Assembly: GCF_002113885.1 (NCBI RefSeq)
Contig: NW_018408491.1
Span: 190,061-254,060 of the forward strand
Source: Mizuhopecten yessoensis
Taxonomy: Eukaryota
Reading direction: 5' to 3'
Length of the DNA stretch: 64,000 bases
The position numbers and the translations under genes are program-made. Below the pieces are notes generated by a model. The model was given only the letters and a program-made list of their open reading frames with translations, was not told the origin of the DNA and did no database searches. Of the stretch, positions 1-11,307 are shown in pieces. Each line of letters starts with the position of its first letter. The first letter of the stretch is position 1.

Positions 1-125
1 GTTTGTAGCCGTGTTTTAAAGAACCATACAGTGTTTGTAGCTGTATTTACGGTGTTTGTAGCCGTATTTTGAGTAACCATACGGCGTTTGCAGCCGTATT
101 TTGAATCGGCGTTTGTAGCCGTATT
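1..125. repeat. Minisatellite, 20-32-bp units with core GTTTGTAGCCGTATTTT, truncated by the window start
   Basis: The core recurs about 5 times, with variable spacers (e.g. AACCATAC). Confidence 0.8.
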
Positions 126-639
126 TTATTAACAAGTAAAATAAGTTAGAATTCACTTTCCCTATAATGTTTGATGCCATAATATAATTTATGTGGTCTC
201 GGGGGTAGGCCTATACCGCGTTCCCCACCCCAGAAGGTGGCGGTAATCACGTCCCAACTCGTTGTCGGGTCGTGATTATTTGGCGTTACGCGGCATTGCA
301 ATGGGTATACCGTATATATTAGGCTCTTTACTGCTGTTTTCGGAGTAAAGCGCACTTTACTAGCTATTAAAGTGACCATTCCCTACGGGGGGGTTCACAT
401 TTTATTTACGGACTACCTAAGTGTAACAGTGAGCTATTGGGCAATAACTGTTTTGGACTTTGGCCAATTTGGCCTTATTAACTGTAACATTGATGGTGCC
501 AGCCATACCTCGGCGGACCACAATGATATTTTATAACCTACTGCCGTGACCACATATCGCCAAACTTAATAAAATTATAAACCTTATTTCTTGTGTATGT
601 TATCTTTTCTTCAATAATATACATAATACACAACAATTG

Positions 640-1410
640 ATACAGTTTTATACAATTAATACAATTAGCATTATATAATTATTCAATACAATTTTGAGGA
701 AGCCGCAGGAACTACCTTAATAATAATAATAATAATTCGAGGTTTCTATATACCTCTGTATCACAACTTAGTTGGTAGGTCGTCTCAAAGCGGTTCACAC
801 ATTATTATCCGTAGTTATAGGGCTTTTGCAACCAGCCAATATCTTTCTCAACTCCATGGGGAGCATACAGTCGGTGCTGCCATTACGGCGCTCACAGCTA
901 GCATTCAACAATTCTAGCACTGCCCAACCACGTACTCATTTACAGCTGAGTAGACTAGAACAAGCGGAGTAAAGTATCTTGCTCAAAGATACAACAACGT
1001 GCCGTGACGTGACTCGAATTCGCAACCCCTCGGTCACGAGTCGGGCGTCCTACCACTAGAATACCGTGCCTCCTTATCAGGCGCTAACAACTAGTCTTAT
1101 GGCACCTGGGTAATATGTCCCTATGCGTGTATTCCTGCGTGTGTGCTGGAGATGTATTGTGTTCTGTTTGTAGCAGGGGCCGTGCTTCCAACGGTATCAT
1201 TTATAGTGCCACCTCATTTGAATGCTACAGCACTGATACTGCAACATCCATCCCAGACAATTTTATACTCCACATGGGTTGTTGGAGTTATGTGGGCAGG
1301 AGAAAAAATACTTTCTCTGAAAATTCCTTGCATACGACGACTTCGGGGATAGAAACCCGACCGCCTGCGTGTAAGGCCGGAGTGTTAAAATTACTCGACC
1401 ATCCGGCCAC
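640..1410 (-). mobile_element. Old tRNA-derived SINE-like element, interrupted by a younger SINE at 720-1071
   Basis: A tRNA-like head lies on the minus strand at ~1340-1410. Segments 640-719 and 1072-1206 align contiguously with the uninterrupted copy at 22458-22666. Confidence 0.6.
720..1071 (-). mobile_element. Full-length tRNA-derived SINE (CORE-like central domain, (ATT)n tail) with 5-bp target-site duplication CCTTA
   Basis: The minus strand starts with a tRNA-like head (A box TAGTGGTAG, B box ATTCGAGTC), continues through CTTTGAGCAAGATACTTTACTCC (CORE-like) and ends in ATTATTATT. CCTTA occurs at 715-719 and 1072-1076, and the empty site GCCTTATCAGG is seen at ~22530. Confidence 0.8.
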
Positions 1411-1844
1411 AATTTAGGGAATAACCTAAGATGTGGATGATAAGATAGAATGCACTATGTCATGTTTTTACAATCCAAATGTTATCAATTGTATCAGAGG
1501 GAGGTAACTAAACAAACTTTCTAACATTTATTATCAAAACAGTTTTTAAGTGGTCGTACTTACAGATATAATATCAGATACATGTAACCACTTAACCCCT
1601 TCACCCAACACTTAGTTGTTTCCCTCCGCTATTCATCGTTTGTCAATAACATATTTAAAGTGTCGCCATGTAGACAGCATCCAATGATACACCCATCTCC
1701 GTTTTTATGAGCAATAAATACTTCCTCATAGATGTAAAATAGTATGCATGTATCATTCCCCAAGTACAGTATACATCTGGGCGACTTTTATAGAGCTTAA
1801 CACATATCTACCCAACACGAATGTATTGAAGGCGCTAACTTTTA

Positions 1845-1870
1845 TCTCCAGGCAAGGTAAAATCACTAGG
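1845..1870 (+). promoter_or_regulatory. Splice donor of the non-coding first exon of otopetrin copy A (GC donor at 1852 or GT donor at 1857)
   Basis: CAG|GCAAGGTAAAATCACTA is homologous to CAG|GTAAGGTTAAATCACTA upstream of copy B (10232). The matching acceptor is TTTTAG at 2261-2266. Confidence 0.55.
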
Positions 1871-2273
1871 TGTAAACTCTTTAAGTAGCCATTGTAAGTC
1901 AGTTTTAGTCATTCTTATTTTGAGACAAATTTAATGAGAATGCACTAAAAGCTTGATTTATTATATTTGAATTTTTGAAAATTGACACATTTCTTGTTAT
2001 TAGGTATTATTTATCAACCATGACTGCTTTATCAATGAATAAGATCATCCATCAGTCAGAAAAGTCAATTTTGCGTAAATTCTGCTTTAAAAAACATGTT
2101 TATTTTAAATAACAAAACTCTAGAATGATCAATTAGGAATATTTCGCCATGTCGGCAAAATACTTTAAATGTCTAATTTTACCGACCTTAAACACATTGA
2201 CAATGAAATAAGTTTTGTAAACTGGAATAACAAACTCTGCATCAAATATTATCTTATTAATTTTAGGATTGCA

Positions 2274-3917
2274 ATGGAGTCGTTGTGTGAAAAGCTATTT
2301 AAATCGGTATTCATTCTACCATATGTTGCTGGAAATTACCGGAGGCGGCAAAATGGATTCTGGAATTATGACTGTACAATCTCGTCCCGTGTTTTGTTCC
2401 TGATCATCGTCGCTTTAGTGATAGTGTTCACCGCCAGCAAAGAGTTAAAAACTCATGTCGAAGTTCGGTTGGGATTCATCCTGCTTCTCCTGTCAGTTCT
2501 GATGATCTGTACAGTTTTCGCTTTGTGTCGCCTTGGGCGTTTGGTACAGAAACACGGCCTCCAATCCGTTGTTTCTGCAAGAAGACACATAAGCACTCCG
2601 AAGCTTCAGATGATATTCTTGTGGGTTTTTGGACTGGGTTCGGCACTCTATTGTGCCTTATTTGTTGGAAAGCAAATCGAGTGTTCAGCATATTCTTCTG
2701 GAGGATTTTATTGGAATGTTTTGTTGTCTTTCAATATCATATTGATCCTATCGATAATCTCTGAAATGATTTTCCTCACTTACTTTTCACCATATCAGCT
2801 GAAACAGACTTCTGCAGTGAATTTCTCTTCATTTTTTTTATTAACTGCAAATATATCTGTAGTACTGTATATATATCTCATGAAAGATACATTTTTGTAC
2901 GCGATAGAAATCTATCCTGAAGGTCATTTCATATCCTGCATAGAAAGCAACAGTACAATGACTATCCTCATGCATAAATCAAAACAATTTTTGAGCCCAA
3001 CTTTTGTGGAATATGCCTTTTTATCAATAACAGTAGTTGTCGAAATATGGTCACCTACTAAAGTGCACCAACCTGATACCAGATCAGCTCACGAGGGAAT
3101 AAATGACATAGAAAATTCGGAACAGAATTCCTTATTTGATGAATTTGACAATGGGAATTCAGAGCGAAGATCTCTCCTTCATGCAGTTGCCAATGACGAG
3201 TCACAACAGGCATGTCTTCGACAGGCAGCGATCGAACCTTATCATTCCGAAAATGGCGAAAGACGAAAAGTATCCCACATAATAACGCTGGTTGGAAGTT
3301 TAACTGCAGGACTGGGACTTGTCATTTGTTATACAGCACAAGCTATGGATAAAGGAAATATAGAAAATATTCGATACGCCACTGAAATTTATGAATTAAC
3401 ATTAATTGTTGTAATGGTGCTTGTGATCTTTGTTGGATTCTATTGTTTGGTGCATTCCTGTAATCTTGACAGATCAGCTCAACCGTTGCGGCCTGGGGAC
3501 TATGTGTACTTACTGTCAGCATTTGGTGCAATTATGTTTCATATGTATGAAGTGATAGGTGGTGACGTTTCCTCCGATTCGTCCGGTAGTGTCTTTTTGT
3601 TTAAAAGTATCGTAAGCATATTCCAGGATTATCTACAAATTGTGTTTCTACTCCAGGCGAATCGATGTAAGAAATCGCGATCAAGCGTCGTTTTACTTGA
3701 ATCTGTTTTTATATTTACTTCGGTAATTAATCTAATATACTGGTTTAACAACAGTTTTCTTAAAGCTGAATTTCCAAGTACACGCATACTCGAAAATGAC
3801 CACTTTTCTAAGGAAGTGTTGGATTTAGTGTATAAAGTGTTATTACCCGTATTAGTTTTCTTTAGATTCACTTCCTTTTTAGAATTTTATGCAATTTTGG
3901 AGGAATATAAACACTAA
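2274..3917 (+). CDS. Otopetrin-family proton channel-like protein, copy A (547 aa, single coding exon)
   Basis: About 12 hydrophobic segments in two halves. Otopetrin-like motifs: FGLGS..Y, TAN, P..VEY..L...E.W, Q...Q.VFL..A, NL..W..NSF and P...FFRF.S. The start is moved from 2169 to 2274 because a splice acceptor lies 7 nt upstream and paralog B also starts MESLC. Confidence 0.88.
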   Translation: MESLCEKLFKSVFILPYVAGNYRRRQNGFWNYDCTISSRVLFLIIVALVIVFTASKELKTHVEVRLGFILLLLSVLMICTVFALCRLGRLVQKHGLQSVVSARRHISTPKLQMIFLWVFGLGSALYCALFVGKQIECSAYSSGGFYWNVLLSFNIILILSIISEMIFLTYFSPYQLKQTSAVNFSSFFLLTANISVVLYIYLMKDTFLYAIEIYPEGHFISCIESNSTMTILMHKSKQFLSPTFVEYAFLSITVVVEIWSPTKVHQPDTRSAHEGINDIENSEQNSLFDEFDNGNSERRSLLHAVANDESQQACLRQAAIEPYHSENGERRKVSHIITLVGSLTAGLGLVICYTAQAMDKGNIENIRYATEIYELTLIVVMVLVIFVGFYCLVHSCNLDRSAQPLRPGDYVYLLSAFGAIMFHMYEVIGGDVSSDSSGSVFLFKSIVSIFQDYLQIVFLLQANRCKKSRSSVVLLESVFIFTSVINLIYWFNNSFLKAEFPSTRILENDHFSKEVLDLVYKVLLPVLVFFRFTSFLEFYAILEEYKH

Positions 3918-4706
3918 ACATAATGCATGCTAGGATATATTGTATTTTGGAAGCTTTGCGATTACGCGGTGGCCGAAGATACAATGTCTTTGTCGTGTGT
4001 TTCAACAAAATGTGACAAACTGCATTATTCTACTTCAGCTTTATAAAAGCGTGTCTAATTCTGACACTGGCCCCTTAACAAACATCATGTCGCCCTCACG
4101 CGCTCAAGTTTCCCTGATCATATTTTATCTTATTCGGATCCTCTCTAGAAAAAGGGCAAGAGCCACTACAACCTAGTTCCTAATGACGGAAGCACATCTT
4201 AACAATAGCGCGGTAAGCTAAGCATCTCTACTATTGTTTTGTTTTCTTTGTTTTTGTTTCATAGTTTCAAAAGTATAATATTTATCGCCCTTACTTATCG
4301 CCCTGTTTGAAACATGATTAATCAAGGAAACCACAAAATCGGGGTTTCCTGTAGTTGGGGCAATTAATGTATAATATAGATTTTGTATAGAAAAAGACAC
4401 TCGAGATAGAGCTACAGAAAAAAACTTCAATGCATGTATTATGTATGTCTGTAGTTAAAACCGACTCTCAAAAAATGAATAATGCCATTTGAAAATTAAT
4501 TATGATGTATGTCTATCTATAGACAATCAAGTCCGTTTGTGTTAACTGTAAGTACATATAATTAGAATTGCCAAAATGTGAGTCTTGTTCGTCAAAATAT
4601 ATATTCTCACAGAATGAGGTGAATCTGTTTACACAATATATGCATTTGTCTTGCAATGTACGTTTAGTTTTATGACTCGTGTGTTACATCCAAATATATG
4701 TACATA

Positions 4707-5153
4707 GTAATGTATTGTGTACAACTTTATATATAGTTCAATTGATATATTGTGTACAACTGGATGTATGTTTCATTAGTTTTATTGTGTACAACTTTTT
4801 GTATGGTTCATCAGATGAATTGTGTACAACTTTATGTATGGTTCATTAGATGAATTGTGTATAACTTGATGTATAGTTCATTAGATGAATTGTGTACAAC
4901 TTTATGTATGGTTCAATAGATGAATTGTGTACAACTTGGTGTATGGTTCAATAGATGAATTGTGTACAACTCTATCTTTAGTTCAATAGATGTATTGTGT
5001 ACAACTGGATGTATAGTTCATTAGTTTTATTGTGTATAACTTGATGTATAGTTCATTAGATGTATTGTGTATAACTTGATGTATGGTTCAATAGATGTAT
5101 TTTGTACAACTTGATGTATAGTTCAATAGATGTATTGTATTCGTCTTGATGTA
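4707..5153. repeat. 35-bp minisatellite (~12 copies), TGTGTACAACTTTATGTATGGTTCATTAGATGAAT
   Basis: Directly visible tandem array downstream of copy A. Confidence 0.92.
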
Positions 5154-6606
5154 TCACCATAAATCAGTTTTGAATGAAGACTCAAGTCAGTACCATAAGA
5201 CTATTTAAAAGATTTGGAATGTATTGTATTGTTTCACAATTATAAATACTTGATATTTAGATTTATAACTGAAATAGACTAGATATATCATATTCGTCTG
5301 TTGATAAATATCCTTTACACAACTATTTCAAGCTGATTTTCAATAAACGCAACGTTTTTGATTGGTAAAAAAGATGGGATATGTGAATTAGACCCGATGT
5401 TGTCGAATACGATGTAAGAACCGAGGCTTTCCTAGGGTACGTATCTGACGGTGTCTCAGAGTTGAATCTGAGTATTTTACACGTGGATACAATAGATTCT
5501 TTCTACACCTAAAATCGAATCCGTTGAGGATAGAGATATCATACAGCAGAACGTGACTCACGTTTTTATACATATTTATGTCTTCTTAGATTAACATATG
5601 GGGCTAATAATTTTCTATCACTATCGTTCCTGCTTACCAACTCTCAGGTCCTCCAGTAAATGGCACAAGTGTCGGTCGACAACTTCTGACAATTTGATTG
5701 ACTAACATTCTGAACAGTGGATCGTGGTGATGTGAGGATTGGCGCCATTTGACGTTGTACTTTCTCATTATTAATCTCATGTGTTATGTTAATCGATGTT
5801 TTATTTGACAAGAAGTTAACATTACAGATATGCATCAATGATTTAATCGACCGTGTAAAATATTTGAAATTTTGTTAGATATAAGGAGCGTTTAGAGTTG
5901 TTAACAAAGCTCCAATATGTTTATTAAAAAAATCATCATCTCAAAAACAATTTTCTTTGGCTTAATGTTCTTTTGTAAAAACAATGGTATCAACTTTTCG
6001 GTCATGTCATTATTTATCATGTTTATTTCGTTTAATATGTACATTTAAAAATGAATCCTGTTCTGTGGAGGTAAAGTATAACACTTACTAGTATAAACCT
6101 GAATTCTTCTTGAGACAAATGTAACGAACTTGCATATTCAAATTTGTTTCTAGACTCATTCCTGAGCAGAGGATGAATTTAATTGTGATAATGTTTCGGA
6201 CTCGTGCAAGTCTAACACAGCGGAAGGTGCAAAAGCATTTGACTTCATTACTGTCTGTATGACGTCATCCTGGTGAAATAAGAATAGACCATATAAGTAC
6301 ATGTTTATTTCAATCGGAAGCCTCTGAAACAAATTGGAAACAACATATACCTTATATAAACTTCTTCCCGCACAAAAGTACTGATAGTCATACGCCAACT
6401 TCAGAATTCAGGAAGAAAATATCCCTTTAGACTCATTAGTAGGTATATTGAGTCCAATTTCAGTAGAAATGTATATGTATATACATACAAGTCAAATCTG
6501 TACCTTTGATGCCTTTTCCGATGAAGGTACATATACCTTGTTTCTATGTATAAAAATAGCTATGTTCAATCAAACATATATTTAATTTATTTCTTTACAG
6601 CTTTTT

Positions 6607-6612
6607 AATAAA
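6607..6612 (+). terminator. Probable polyadenylation signal of copy A
   Basis: AATAAA followed by GTTATTTGTGGTGCG. The same context is conserved downstream of copy B (13745). Confidence 0.5.
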
Positions 6613-7039
6613 ACTAACGTGAAGTTACTAGTTATTTGTGGTGCGATGAACATTTCCTATCGCGCACAGCATGTTGTATACTTAAAATGTAGATGTATTT
6701 TGTGCTCTTGAACTATTAATAGTTTAAAGAATCAACACACTTGAGTGCTGCTTCCGGTTTTTCCGAAATGATCTCAGACAAATTCAAAAAACTTCGGACA
6801 GACAGCACGTAGGTGTTTTAAGCGCAGTACATTCTATATAATGCTATTTCATATATACATTTTGTATATATAAAGAGGTTTGCGTTCTGTTTAAATACTA
6901 CTTTCCCAGGGAGGGTCACACACCCTTTAATTATTAACATCAATTAGATTTTATTAGTGCTTACACGTTCCCATATTGAAATACTTTTGTGTCATTTTTT
7001 TTCAAACATATGCTCTATAATTTCCAAAACAAAAGCTAT

Positions 7040-7565
7040 GCCCTATTAACAGCTAAGTTCATTTAAGGACGTGCCTCCATGTGTGTAGTGTATGCGTAGA
7101 TGGATGTAGGAGACGGGGTATGTTGGTGTGCTAGCCTCCTTGTGAAAGCGCGGATCTGATTCTGATGCCGACTTTATAGTGTTATCTCACTGAAATACCA
7201 TGCCGAAGGCACTCAGCACAGCATTCTGCCCGGTTACATTATACTGACAACGGGTGAACCAGTTGTTGCCATTTCCGTAAATGCCGAACGTTAAACAGGG
7301 AATAACAACTACCATTTTAAAGGACTTTGGTATGTCCCGGCCTGGGAACAGAACCCATTTCCTTCCTCACCTGGGCGAGCGCTCAACATTAAAACCAAAA
7401 ATGAGGTATTGTTAAGCGATGTAGTATTGAGAAAGATCCCAAATATTGCAACAGGTGCAGGAAATTCCCAATTCTGCACGGGGTTCATACATTAGTCGCC
7501 TCCTACGAAACATGCAGTGGGTAACAGCAGGTGTATTCTTTTCTCGAATCCCGACCTGCAGGGGT
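7040..7565 (-). mobile_element. tRNA-derived SINE (Meta-domain-like) plus adjacent shared repeat sequence
   Basis: tRNA-like head at ~7330-7390 on the minus strand. The blocks CACATTATACTGACAACGGG and TTTAAAGGACTTTGGTATG are shared with 57705-58135; the first block also occurs at 24116-24295 and in related form at 26410-26745. Confidence 0.75.
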
Positions 7566-8243
7566 GTTCACTGAATGTAGCACATGGAGAGATTAACTTG
7601 AGTAGCTGCACTTAACAAGTCGATCGTATGTGTCATAAAAGTGAAAATTCCTCTATTCTCTGCCGGGAAAGGGGAGTTATATTGTAAATAATGTGTGATT
7701 TATACATTATTTATGTCTTCTGTTATGCCCAAACATATGGATGTTCACCTATATTTCACACAGGTACCAGACACCGCACAATTTATATTGATAGTGAAAC
7801 AGTCCGTTCTGCGTTATTTCTACCATATTTTATTTGTTAAAAATCGTTATATATTACTGTGGAGTTTTTCAAATAAAAGTGTTACAGATTTTGAATTATC
7901 ATAAGTCCATTGCATCATTTCTCTGATAAATAAAGTATATTTACAGTTGTTGCTTAATTCAGCATGGTACTCTTTCGATATGTCATTTTTGTTTATTCAT
8001 AGTGTAAACTCAATATCAATAACATTATTATTAAATGCTTAATACATGTCACATATTGGTAACTGTCCACCTTTTAATTAAAAAGAAGTTATATATTCTC
8101 CGTCAGTCTGCTATAGCTTTGACATACGTTTTTATTCAGCAGATGCAACAAGGTTACTCAGCTGATGAAATATTTACTTCATTCTCGTTTTCAATTCAAA
8201 TCGTGTTGAAAAATGCATTCAAATTATAACTCACATTATAGTT

Positions 8244-9357
8244 TTTAGCTCACCTGCCCGAAGGGCAAGTGAACTTATGTCATGGTCCGTCGTCCGTCCG
8301 TCCTCGTCCGTCAACTTTTCCTTTGAACAACTTCTTCTGAAGAACGGACAGGCCTAAAGTCATGATATTTGTCTGAAAGCTTTGTTGGTAGGACCCCTAC
8401 AAAGTTTGAGAACGAAAATGACCTTGACCTACTTTCAAGGTCACAGGGGTCAAATATGTCAAAATCTTCAAACGACTTCTTCTGAAGAACTAAACGGTAT
8501 AGAATCTTCATATTTGGCTGATGGCTTCCTGGAATGGAGTTTAACAAAGTTGGAGAACGAAAATTACCTTGACCTACTTTCAAGGTCACAGGGGTCAAAT
8601 GTGTCAAACACTTCAAACTACTTCTTCTGAAGAACTGAAAGGTATATAATCTATATATTTGGCTGGTAGCTTCCTTGGATAGTGCCCAACAAAGTTTGAG
8701 AATGAAAATTAGTTTGACCTACTTTCGAGGTCACAGGGGTCAAATATGTCAAATGCTTCCAACGACTTCTCCTGAAGAACTGAAAGATATAGAATCTTTA
8801 TATTTGCTTGATGGCTTTCTGGGATAGAGCCTAACAAAGTTTGAGGATGAAAATGATATTGACCTACTTTCAAGATCACATGGGTCAAATGTGTCAGACA
8901 CTTCAAACGACTTCTTCTGAAGAACTGAAAGGTATAGAAAATTAATAGTTGGCAGGTGGCTTCCTGGGAAAGAGACAAACAAAGTTTGTGAATGAAAATG
9001 ACCTTGACTTACTTTCAAGGTCACAGCAATCAAATATGTCAATTCTGAAGAATTAAAAGGCATACAATTTTAATATATAATATAGTAGCTTTAAGGAATA
9101 GAGCTAACCAATTGGAAAAGGAAAATGACATTGACCTACTTACAAGGTCACAGGGGAAAATATGTCGAGCAACTTCTGAAGAGGAATCAAAAAGCATAGA
9201 ATCTTATAATAATATTTTGCTGGTAGTTTTAACAGATGGAGCCAACAAAGTTTGCGAGGGAAATATTTTTAGTGCAATATAATATTTAATGAGAATATTT
9301 TGCTATGACTGCTTAAATATTCAGGTGAGCGATACAGGCCCTCTTGGGCCTCTTGTT
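8244..9357 (+). mobile_element. Non-autonomous Helentron-type element (HINE/DINE-1-like) with ~6 internal 145-bp tandem repeats
   Basis: 5' TTAGCTCACCTG with a hairpin, then a (GTCC)n microsatellite. GAC(C/T)T anchors at 8426, 8571, 8716, 8861 and 9006 give a period of 145. The 3' subterminal IR CAGGTGAGC is followed by the palindrome AGGCCC-TCTT-GGGCCT, and the flanks are T-rich. Confidence 0.85.
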
Positions 9358-10096
9358 TTAAATCTAGCATGCAACATTATACATGTACATGTTATTTATT
9401 GAAAAGAAGATAATTCGAATTATGTTAAAAAGTGCATTCAAATTATAATTCTCAAATTGCTTTCTTAAAGTCTGTGTAATGTCATCCATTGAACATTATA
9501 CATTTACATATAATTATTAAAAAGATGATTTCTCGTTAAAACATAAAATTAACGATATTTATAGCCAAGGGACCATTACTAAAAGTATATGGGAATTTGC
9601 ATCAAATGATGATATTTGAAAGGAGATTGATAAAGGGATTCTATATCAGCAACTAGTTCTATCAATAATTTATTAATAAATTAAATCCCATATCCCTTTT
9701 ATCACATCAACAAGAATCATTTCGAGAAATATTTGTGAAGAAAGCGTTATCTCTGACTTGCGTCAAGTCATCAAAAACATAATTTTGATCATAGATTTTC
9801 AACATGTTACCTGATCATAAGACGGGTATTTTCTACACAAAGGAATATATGGACGGCAGCATCGCATGCACTGCAGAAGTAATGGTATATGCATGAGAAA
9901 AAAATGATAATCGACCAAATCTGTTTAATGTCCTTACATTAAAACACATCTGGAACATGCATAATACTCAAATCAATTTGAAAGAGGGCGATTTCCGTAA
10001 CTAACGTTCTTCAAGTGTGTGTTATATCACAGTTTCTAAATTGTTGTGCTTACAGAAAACATCTTATGACACATGCATTTCCGTGGTTTTCCGACC

Positions 10097-10250
10097 TATA
10101 ATAACTTCCGCATAAACGCTTAATAGATTGAAAATAGACTTTCACTTGTGTAAGGCATTACAACGCTAAAAGATCATCTTCAGCAAACGAGAAGAATTTT
10201 AAGAAAACTAAGGAACAACGGTTACCTACAGGTAAGGTTAAATCACTAAA
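10097..10250 (+). promoter_or_regulatory. Putative promoter and non-coding first exon of otopetrin copy B, donor at 10232
   Basis: TATAATAA at ~10097 and CAG|GTAAGG at 10229-10237. The acceptor TTTTAG at 11295-11300 lies 7 nt before the ATG. Confidence 0.55.
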
Positions 10251-11307
10251 TGCCCGTTTCGGAATGACTTAAGTGAGCGTCGATAGCATTTGGCGACATG
10301 AAGTGGCAAAATTTATTTAGATAATAAATCATGTTCGTTTGATTTGTTAAATTTAGGTTTGTGAATGACTAACATCGTGCACTACATTGTAAATATATAT
10401 TTCAAATGAAACGTTATATTTGTGTATCATGTATGCTTTATCATTTAAGCAAAACAACCAACTGCCATAAAAGGTCATACGTATATGTGAGAGATCTGAG
10501 GCAACTCAATTTGTATGGATTATAAATTCCCCATCTTTTATTCTTTTTACTCTTAGCACCAATCATAGATCGTTTTAAGAATGACTTTATATATCTATCC
10601 GTCTATCCTACCACGTCAAAAGGAACTGGTGTTATTTTGTGTCTAACATTGTAGCTATAAAGCGACATGACCTACATAATCATTTTTTATAAATAGTATT
10701 GTCGTCATCATGATCTCATTTGAAAATGTACTATTTCTTTGTGTGAAATGAAGGTCGATGTTTTTTTTATCATGTTAAGTAGTATGTTTCGCTGTGTTGT
10801 TATCATTACTCCTGTTAAAGCTTTGAAAACGTGCCATTACTCGGATTTGACCTAGAACTACATGGAAAGTGTAGTCGATAAAGCAGAAGACGCTGTCTCT
10901 TCTGGGACAACTTCTCTTATTAGCCAATGTCTTTACGTTAAATTTTTTCTTTGTTGGTCTTTTGCCAAAATGTATTCTGAATTCTTATTTTTTTTAGCAA
11001 CAAGACGTGTATGCATATCTTTTCTTGACCCTGAATCAAGTTGTCCTCCTCTGCCATATATACAAATGCTTACGTACTGTCACTAGAAGCGTGACCGTCT
11101 TGATATTGCCAACGTAGAATGATTTAGAATTAGAGGATATCTGAATTGCGATACAAAATACAAATGATCTAACGCTTATATTATCACAATGCACATGAAA
11201 TTAGAACATGTAACTATCGGTATACACAATGATATTACAAATGTTCCAAAATTTTGAATTACAGTTTCGCTGCGTTATAAAATTATCTCATTTATTTTAG
11301 GTTTGAG

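Noticed and set aside
2169-2273. 35-aa N-terminal extension of otopetrin A in the ORF track
   Set aside because: It lies almost entirely upstream of the splice acceptor at 2266 and is absent from the paralogs, so it is intron read-through.
4707-5153. CRISPR-like appearance of the 35-bp array (also the 22-bp and 30-bp arrays)
   Set aside because: The units are head-to-tail with no unique spacers, there are no cas genes, and the context is eukaryotic.
6156-6270. Exon-like minus-strand segment (CACCAG|DDVIQTVMKSNAF...QE*)
   Set aside because: The acceptor is plausible, but there is no convincing partner exon or recognisable homology.
8311-9063. Several overlapping 80-100-aa ORFs with repeated peptides
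   Set aside because: They are translations of the 145-bp satellite monomers inside a non-autonomous element.
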